The position numbers and the translations under genes are program-made. This document shows positions 26,114-32,000 of a DNA stretch of 32,000 nucleotides, one piece after another. The notes below the pieces were generated by a model that saw only the letters and a program-made list of their open reading frames with translations, did not search any database and was not told the DNA's origin. Origin of the DNA: Clostridium bovifaecis (lineage in GTDB: Bacteria > Bacillota > Clostridia > Clostridiales > Clostridiaceae); NCBI GenBank assembly GCA_009738435.1, contig CP046522.1, positions 185,249-217,248 on the forward strand. The letters run 5' to 3'. The first letter of the stretch is position 1. The number at the start of each line of letters is the position of its first letter.

Positions 26114-26494
26114 ATGAAAAAGGTGGCTGCTATAATCGTGAGTATCATAATGGTATTTTATATCCTTACTCCTGTAGCCTTTGCCAAAGGTGAAAGTAAC
26201 GATAAGCTTTATAATGATTTTATATTAGCCCTATTAGCTCCTAATGTTATGGAAACTATAACAGAATATTACGGGGAACCAAGGCAGCTTGATTTATCAA
26301 ATGCTAAAGTTTTAGATATAAAGAGAACAAAGGAGGAGTCATTTTACTTTATCGTAACTATCAGGGTGAGAACCTGTGACAGGGGACGAAATCCTAAATA
26401 TGGAGTTGAAACCATAACTCTTACAAATACGAATAAAGGGATTAGGACTGTAGACTTTGTTCATGAGGACGAACCGGCATCTGATATGCTTTAA
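26114..26494 (+). CDS. Small secreted protein, possibly DUF3888-like
   Basis: Signal peptide MKKVAAIIVSIIMVFYILTPVAFA. The pattern ...ITEYYGEPRQLDLSNAKVLDIKR...YGVETITL resembles DUF3888 as I recall it. Not verified. Confidence 0.5.
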   Translation: MKKVAAIIVSIIMVFYILTPVAFAKGESNDKLYNDFILALLAPNVMETITEYYGEPRQLDLSNAKVLDIKRTKEESFYFIVTIRVRTCDRGRNPKYGVETITLTNTNKGIRTVDFVHEDEPASDML

Positions 26495-26637
26495 TAGGGT
26501 GATTAGAGATTAATTTATTTTGTATAATGAATATTGTATGTAAATTTAAGTTTGTGCAAATCTACATACAATATTGATTTCCCCGGATTCTTAAGTATAT
26601 AATGAATAATATTAAAATATATAAGGGGGATAGGCCT

Positions 26638-28278
26638 ATGCATTCTACAATGAAGAGACGATTATTTACATGGTTTTTAATAGTTTCAGTAGTGCCATTA
26701 CTATTAATTGGGGGTATCAGCTATTATTTTATTTCAAGTGAAATATCAAAGCAGACTGAGGAGAGAATTACAGATATAAATAATGGTATCAAAAACATGG
26801 TAGATACTCAACAAAAGGTTTTATCCTTGTGGCTTGAAAGTGCAGCAGTCTCCTTTAAGTTTAAGTTATCTACATTGGGGGAAAGTCGCTTCGATTACAA
26901 TCACATGGTTGATTTAGCGGGACATCATATGCCCACTTGGTATATAGGTGATCAGCTAATGACTAATGACTACACATTAGTAGATCAGCTTATTGGGGAG
27001 GAAAATTTAGATGCAACAATATTTATGTTTCACAACAAGGAATTCGTAAGAGTAAGTACAAGCGTAAGAAAAGATGATGGTAAAAGAATAATGGGAACTT
27101 TGATCAATTCTGGACCAGTGTTCAATAAGATAGTCAATGGTCAAAGCTACCTCGGTAGAGCAAATGTTGAGGGAATATGGCACGCTACTATTTACGAACC
27201 TATTTTGGACAAGTCTGGAAAGCTTATAGGAGCCTTTGTTCTTGGAAGACCAGAAAAGGGATATGAAATAATCAATGCAATAAAGAAAATTTCTATAGGA
27301 GATAGTGGATACGTTTTTATAACTGATTCTAAAGGAAATGCCATAATTCATCCTTCTATGAATGGGAAAAGCATAATTGACTATCCTTGGATACAAGAAA
27401 TAATCAAAAATAAAGAGGGAAAAGTAAGATATTCTTTTAATGGACAAAACAAAATAGCGTATTATACATATTACGAGCCTTGGGATTGGTATATAATCAC
27501 TGGGGGTAATGAAACAGAAATATTTAGTACTAGAAGTAAGCTTTACAGCATTATTTTAGTTACTTTATTAATCATAGTTTGTATTGCTCTTTTTATAGCT
27601 TATGCACTGTCAAGATCATTCTCTAAGCCGTTAGAAGAGCTTATGGGAGTTATGAAAGAAACTCAAGACGGGAATCTGTCTCCAAAGCTAAAGTATGTTA
27701 ATAATGATGAATTTGGAATCTTAAACATTACCTTTAATAATATGCTTAGTAATATTTCTATTTTAATAGGCAGAATATTGTTTAATTCTAGTAATCTGAA
27801 GGAAGCTTCAAAAATGCTTAAGGTAGATATAGATCAATCAAAAGAGGCATTGAGAGGAATTGAACAGGGAGTGGAAGGACTAAAAGCATATGGAGGCTCT
27901 AGTTTAATATATAAACCCAACTATGCTATAAACAGTTATAATGAAGTTATTCTTAATCAAATTAATCAATTGAGATTTGAGTTAAATGAAGTAATAGTAA
28001 CCAAAGATTATGATAGTCTTGAAAATATTAAATTGCAGCTTAATGGATTAGAAGAATCAATACTAGACTTAGATGATACCGAAAGTATTAGTAAAGAAGA
28101 AAATTTATTAGAGCAGCCTATATCATATGAAAATAAAATTGATAATTTAAATATAGAAGTTCAAAAGCTGAAGCTGCTCTTAGAAAATATATCTGCATCA
28201 GGCAATACCTTAGATGATGTTGCTCTAGCACTTGATAATCATGTAAATATTTTTAAAATAGGCAATGAAGAAGAATAG
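26638..28278 (+). CDS. Membrane sensor: TM - Cache-type extracellular domain - TM - HAMP - short coiled-coil tail (MCP-like but without the MCP signalling tip)
   Basis: TM1 FTWFLIVSVVPLLLIGGISYYFI. Cache-like motifs ATIFMFHNKEFVRVSTSVRKDDGKRIMGT and GYVFITDSKGNAIIHPS. TM2 IILVTLLIIVCIALFIAYAL. HAMP PLEELMGVMKETQDGNLSP...DEFGILNITFNNMLSNI. The tail ends ...ALDNHVNIFKI and has no [19 protein letters not shown]-type motif. Start chosen at ATG 26638 after AAGGGGGA. Confidence 0.8.
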   Translation: MHSTMKRRLFTWFLIVSVVPLLLIGGISYYFISSEISKQTEERITDINNGIKNMVDTQQKVLSLWLESAAVSFKFKLSTLGESRFDYNHMVDLAGHHMPTWYIGDQLMTNDYTLVDQLIGEENLDATIFMFHNKEFVRVSTSVRKDDGKRIMGTLINSGPVFNKIVNGQSYLGRANVEGIWHATIYEPILDKSGKLIGAFVLGRPEKGYEIINAIKKISIGDSGYVFITDSKGNAIIHPSMNGKSIIDYPWIQEIIKNKEGKVRYSFNGQNKIAYYTYYEPWDWYIITGGNETEIFSTRSKLYSIILVTLLIIVCIALFIAYALSRSFSKPLEELMGVMKETQDGNLSPKLKYVNNDEFGILNITFNNMLSNISILIGRILFNSSNLKEASKMLKVDIDQSKEALRGIEQGVEGLKAYGGSSLIYKPNYAINSYNEVILNQINQLRFELNEVIVTKDYDSLENIKLQLNGLEESILDLDDTESISKEENLLEQPISYENKIDNLNIEVQKLKLLLENISASGNTLDDVALALDNHVNIFKIGNEEE

Positions 28279-28321
28279 AAGCCTATAAGCATAGATTATT
28301 GGGGGTGGGTAATATTTGAAA

Positions 28322-29680
28322 ATGAGACAAATAATGATAACTATCTTTCCGAGATGTTTCTTTGGAGATACTATAGATGATATAGTTGAAAGAGTAAAAA
28401 GAGAAGATTTGGCCTTTATAGTAGTAGTAGATGAAAATAATAAATATAAAGGTGTAATAGAGAGTAGATATATTTTAGAATATACAATGAATAACTCAGT
28501 AAATAGAGATGATTCCATAAGGAAGCTAGTAAAAATGATTCAACCTGTTTCACAAGATGATGATATCAGGACTTTAAAAAATATAGAGGAAGATATTAAT
28601 GTAATTCCCGTAGTTAATTCAAGCCTCAATGTATTAGGATATATAAGTCTAAATAGTATTCTTAAAAGTATAGATAAAATTAATAATAAAAGCAATTCTA
28701 TATATTTAGGTACTAATAAAGATAACTCTAAGATTAAAGCAAAATACACTATTGACCACTTTATTGGAGAAAGTAAGCCTATTCTTCAGTTGAAAAAGAG
28801 AATTTTAGCTGCTGCAAAGACTAAAGCCACGGTTTTAGTCACGGGAGAAACAGGTACAGGGAAAGAATTGGTAGCCCATGCAATAACAAGTCTTGGAGAT
28901 AGGCGTCATCAGCCTTTTGTACGACTTAACTGTGCAGCTATTCCAGAAAATCTACTGGAATCGGAATTGTTTGGATATGAGGAAGGGGCTTTTACAGGAG
29001 CTCTTAAGGGCGGAAACTCAGGGAAGTTTACTCAAGCAAATCATGGAACGATTTTTTTAGATGAAATTGGAGATATGCCTCTTGCTCTTCAAGCCAAAAT
29101 TCTAAGAGTTCTTCAAGAAAGAGAAGTTGAAAAAATAGGGGGAACATGTCCTGTGCCTATTGATATAAGGGTTATTGCAGCTACCCATACAAATCTAATC
29201 GAACTAGTTAAGCAGAATAGGTTTAGACAAGACTTATTTTACAGGCTGCATGTTATACCAATAAACGTTCCACCTTTAAGAGATCGGAAAGAAGATATAC
29301 CTTTGTTGGTAGGGCATTTTATTCAGCAACTTTCTGATGAAATGGAAATGGAAAAGCCTATCATTGAAGTATCATTTTTAAAGGCTTTAATAGAGTACCA
29401 CTGGCCAGGAAATGTAAGAGAGCTTCTAAATGTGCTTCAAATGGCATTAAGCTTTTCAGAAGGACGATTAACAGATGATACATTAAAAGAATATCTTTTA
29501 TTGAATGGTAAAGATAGCGGTATAGATAAAGATGATTTAAAGTCGGTTACAAATGAAGTGGAAAAGGATAAGATTATAAATGCCATGAAAATCTATGGTG
29601 GTAATAAAATAAAGGTTGCAAGTGCCCTTGGAATTTCTAGGAGTAACTTATATTATAAAATGAAAAAATATAACCTCTAA
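28322..29680 (+). CDS. Sigma-54-dependent transcriptional activator (CBS pair - AAA+ - Fis-type HTH), no receiver domain
   Basis: N-terminal CBS-like pair (...FIVVVDENNKYKGVIE...; ...VIPVVNSSLNVLGYISL...). Walker A GETGTGKE, GAFTGA motif (EEGAFTGAL), Walker B IFLDEIGD, R-finger region RFRQDLFYRL. C-terminal HTH KVASALGISRSNLYYKMKKY. Start is either TTG 28316 or ATG 28322. Confidence 0.9.
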   Translation: MRQIMITIFPRCFFGDTIDDIVERVKREDLAFIVVVDENNKYKGVIESRYILEYTMNNSVNRDDSIRKLVKMIQPVSQDDDIRTLKNIEEDINVIPVVNSSLNVLGYISLNSILKSIDKINNKSNSIYLGTNKDNSKIKAKYTIDHFIGESKPILQLKKRILAAAKTKATVLVTGETGTGKELVAHAITSLGDRRHQPFVRLNCAAIPENLLESELFGYEEGAFTGALKGGNSGKFTQANHGTIFLDEIGDMPLALQAKILRVLQEREVEKIGGTCPVPIDIRVIAATHTNLIELVKQNRFRQDLFYRLHVIPINVPPLRDRKEDIPLLVGHFIQQLSDEMEMEKPIIEVSFLKALIEYHWPGNVRELLNVLQMALSFSEGRLTDDTLKEYLLLNGKDSGIDKDDLKSVTNEVEKDKIINAMKIYGGNKIKVASALGISRSNLYYKMKKYNL

Positions 29681-29701
29681 AGTTTGCTATAAATACTGTA
29701 C

Positions 29702-29741
29702 AAAGTGGCTATAAAATAACATAGCCACTTTTAGATTTTTT
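29702..29741 (+). terminator. Intrinsic terminator after the sigma-54 activator gene
   Basis: AAAGTGGCTAT / ATAGCCACTTT perfect 11-bp stem, 8-nt loop, then TAGATTTTTT. Confidence 0.7.
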
Positions 29742-29946
29742 GAAAAGTTCTAACCATCATTTATCTTCTCATTTCAATATGTTAGCTAAAATTTATATTA
29801 AATACCTACATTCTTAAATTCCTATTAAGCTATTTTTCAAAAATTAACACAGTTTTTCCAAAGATTAGAACAGAATATGTCCAATATGTTTATGTGGCTT
29901 ATGTAGAAATCCATGGATAGCCTGCTTATGAGGTTTATAAAAAAGT

Positions 29947-29962
29947 TGGCATATAAAATGCA
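29947..29962 (+). promoter_or_regulatory. Sigma-54 (-24/-12) promoter upstream of the CoA-transferase genes
   Basis: TGGCAT-ATAAA-ATGCA. GG at 29948-29949 and GC at 29960-29961, with the canonical 12-nt G-to-G register of TGGCAC-N5-TTGCA. 56 nt upstream of ATG 30018. Confidence 0.65.
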
Positions 29963-30017
29963 TAATTATAATATTGGATGGAAGTAATATATAGATATTT
30001 TTGGAGGTGTATGAAAA

Positions 30018-30734
30018 ATGCCAAATATTCAGACGGCACAGGAAGCAGTAAAAAATATTAAAGATGGTATGAGAATTATGACAGCAGGTTTTTTAGGAGT
30101 AGGTGCTCCTTTAAAAACCATAGATGCATTGGCAAATACCAATGTTAAGGATCTTACACTTATTCAAGCTGTATCAGCTCAACCAGGAGAAACCCATGAT
30201 ATTGGTGTACTAGTAAAGAATAAGCAAATAAAAAAATTTATAGGCGCACATATCGGAACATGTCCTGAAGCTCAAGAACAATATAAAGAAGGTACATTAG
30301 AAGTAGAATTTATTCCTATGGGAACTGTAGTAGAATGTATAAGGGCTGCTGGAGCTGGACTTGGTGCTGTTGTAACTCCAACTGGACTTGGAACTGAAGT
30401 TGAGGAAGGAAGAGATAAAATTACAGTAGGTGGAAAAGAGTATTTAGTATTTCCACCACTTAAGGCAGATGTTGCAATAATTAAAGGTTATAAGGCTGAT
30501 AAGCTTGGAAACATCATATATAGAGGCACAACTAAAGGAACAAATACAATTATGGCACTTGCTGCTGATTTAGTTATAGCTGAAGTAGATGAAATTGTTG
30601 AAGTTGGCGAAATTCCACCTGATAGCGTTGGCACACCAGGTATCTTAGTAGATATAATTGTTCAAGGTGATTCTTTAGAAGAGAGAAAACAATACTTTGA
30701 AGATTTATGGGTAAGAACTAAGAAAATGAGATAG
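30018..30734 (+). CDS. Family-I 3-oxoacid/acetate CoA-transferase, subunit A
   Basis: Typical subunit A pattern: ...IKDGMRIMTAGFLGVGAP..., ...FIPMGTVVECIRAAGAGLGAVVTPTGLGT..., ...AIIKGYKADKLGNIIYRGT.... RBS GGAGGTG. Confidence 0.88.
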   Translation: MPNIQTAQEAVKNIKDGMRIMTAGFLGVGAPLKTIDALANTNVKDLTLIQAVSAQPGETHDIGVLVKNKQIKKFIGAHIGTCPEAQEQYKEGTLEVEFIPMGTVVECIRAAGAGLGAVVTPTGLGTEVEEGRDKITVGGKEYLVFPPLKADVAIIKGYKADKLGNIIYRGTTKGTNTIMALAADLVIAEVDEIVEVGEIPPDSVGTPGILVDIIVQGDSLEERKQYFEDLWVRTKKMR

Positions 30735-30746
30735 GGGGATAATAAT

Positions 30747-31400
30747 ATGGATAGTAGAGAGATAATTGCAAGAAGAATTGCAAAAGAATTTAAAGATGGT
30801 ATGGTTGCTAATTTAGGATTTGGTATGCCAACTATGGCTGCAAACTATTTACCAGATGGAGTAAAAGTAACACTTCAGACTGAAAATGGAGCTTTGCAGT
30901 TTGGGCCGACTCCTAAGGCTGGAGAATCTGATCCGGACCTAGCGAATTCTGGTGGAGCGCCTATCACTTTATTACCGGGGGCATCAACCTTTGAAATGGA
31001 TCTTTCCTTTGCTATAATAAGAGGTGGGCATGTTGACATAACTGCTTTGGGTGCACTAGAGGTTGACCAAGAAGGAAATATTGCTAATTGGAAGATTCCA
31101 GGAGTATTTGCACCTGGTATGGGAGGTGCTATGGACCTTTTAGTAGGAGCAAAATATGTAATAGCAGCTTTAAATCATAATGACAAAAAAGGTAATTCAA
31201 AAGTTCTAAAGAAATGTACATTGCCTTTATCCGCTGCAAAGTGTCTTGATCTTATAATAACAGATAAAGCTGTTATGGAGGTTACAGATAAGGGACTAGT
31301 ATTAAAGGAAGTAGCTCCAGGAGTAACTGTTGATGAAGTAATAGAGCGTACTGATGCTGATTTAATAATAGATGATAATGTTAAAGAAATGGAAATATAG
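30747..31400 (+). CDS. Family-I CoA-transferase, subunit B
   Basis: Catalytic-glutamate motif in LQTENGAL (the SENG-type motif of family I subunit B), ...GGAMDLLVGAK.... 12-nt gap after subunit A, with RBS GGGGGA. Confidence 0.88.
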   Translation: MDSREIIARRIAKEFKDGMVANLGFGMPTMAANYLPDGVKVTLQTENGALQFGPTPKAGESDPDLANSGGAPITLLPGASTFEMDLSFAIIRGGHVDITALGALEVDQEGNIANWKIPGVFAPGMGGAMDLLVGAKYVIAALNHNDKKGNSKVLKKCTLPLSAAKCLDLIITDKAVMEVTDKGLVLKEVAPGVTVDEVIERTDADLIIDDNVKEMEI

Positions 31401-31549
31401 TACGTAGAAGAAAATGAGACAAGTATCTTTATTGAATGGAATAGGAAGGTAGGTTCTGAAGAACACACTCGATTGTTTAAAAACCCAGCACTTTCAAAAG
31501 TGCTGGGTAAAGTTATGTATTAACCTTTATAAAACTTACAAGATGAAAA

Positions 31550-31608
31550 GAAAAAGAGACTTATGCTTCAGAATTATTTTTAAATTATTCTGAGACAGTC
31601 TCTTTTTT
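31550..31608. terminator. Bidirectional hairpin terminator between the CoA-transferase operon and a convergent membrane-protein gene
   Basis: AAAAAGAGACT (31550-31560) is perfectly complementary to AGTCTCTTTTT (31596-31606), with an inner second stem (CAGAATTATTT/AAATTATTCTG, one mismatch). A run before and T run after. A second hairpin ACCCAGCACTT/AAGTGCTGGGT lies at 31483-31508. Confidence 0.65.
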
Positions 31609-31683
31609 ATATACGGGAGTATCCTCAGTTAACAAATATGACAATAAACTAGTTATATCATCTTTTATTATATTTTTAAGGAT

Positions 31684-32000
31684 TTACACGGCAAGATCAT
31701 CTTTACTGAAGGATTCAACTTTAACTTGTTTTATTAAAGGCCACTTGTCATAGAAGGTATTCATGTATAGGAATGGCATCATAAATATAAATTGCCCAGC
31801 AATTAGGCCTAGCGTAGAATACCCTAGTCCCATACTATTACTTCCAAATGGAAGTTTTGTATATGTCTTCATCCAAATTAGTCCTAAGATTGTTCCTAGT
31901 ATCACTACAATTGCAAGTCTTATTAAAAATCTTGTTCCTGAACTCTTTACCTTGTCTTCTCCAGGAAAATCGAAAAATTGATGATGCCATAAAAGGGCTG
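31684..32000 (-). CDS. C-terminal part of an integral membrane protein (N-terminus outside window)
   Basis: The minus-strand frame stays open from the stop at 31684 to the window edge (in-frame codons from 31998). The sequence is hydrophobic: ...RLAIVVILGTILGLIWMK...LGLIAGQFIFMMPFLYM.... The GTG start in the track is probably internal. No family recognised. Confidence 0.5.
   Translation of the reverse strand, partial: ALLWHHQFFDFPGEDKVKSSGTRFLIRLAIVVILGTILGLIWMKTYTKLPFGSNSMGLGYSTLGLIAGQFIFMMPFLYMNTFYDKWPLIKQVKVESFSKDDLAV

Noticed and set aside
26530-26575. 13-bp perfect hairpin AATATTGTATGTA/TACATACAATATT after the small secreted-protein gene
   Set aside because: It is probably just a terminator-like hairpin (20-nt loop, weak T tract). 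Nothing distinguishes it from ordinary intergenic structure.

Overview
Low-GC (about 30% by eye), Clostridium-like Firmicute chromosomal segment. The core is a conserved housekeeping run: T-box(Met) leader-metG, then tatD, a yabE-like DUF348/G5/3D protein, rnmV and rsmA. Around it lie a partial MCP, a SWIM/SNF2 helicase with an IS256-family element inserted exactly in its stop codon, a NodB polysaccharide deacetylase and a ~1.2 kb ORF-free decaying stretch. Further genes include a GH73-type glucosaminidase, DUF3298-like, DUF445-like, Mrp/NBP35 and MgtC-family proteins. The most system-like content is at the 3' end: an MCP-derived Cache-HAMP membrane sensor lacking the MCP signalling tip, a CBS-AAA+-HTH sigma-54 activator with no receiver domain, a recognisable -24/-12 promoter, and a two-subunit family-I CoA-transferase operon. 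I saw no rRNA, tRNA, CRISPR array or prophage. The non-coding DNA is unusually structured. (i) A palindromic GGGACAGTCC(C) repeat family is confined to the first 13 kb. (ii) Two composite hairpin elements, with TTGCG-N-CGCAA-type termini and element-specific heptamer arrays, fill convergent intergenic gaps. (iii) A bipartite TAAGCAGAKA-N5-AATCTRTGATT motif occurs in three 5' leaders between 19.3 and 24.2 kb. Two cell-wall enzymes have their N-terminal signal anchors cut off from the best start codon by single-base frameshifts. All functional calls come from motif recognition by eye on the supplied translations; no database search or folding program was run.
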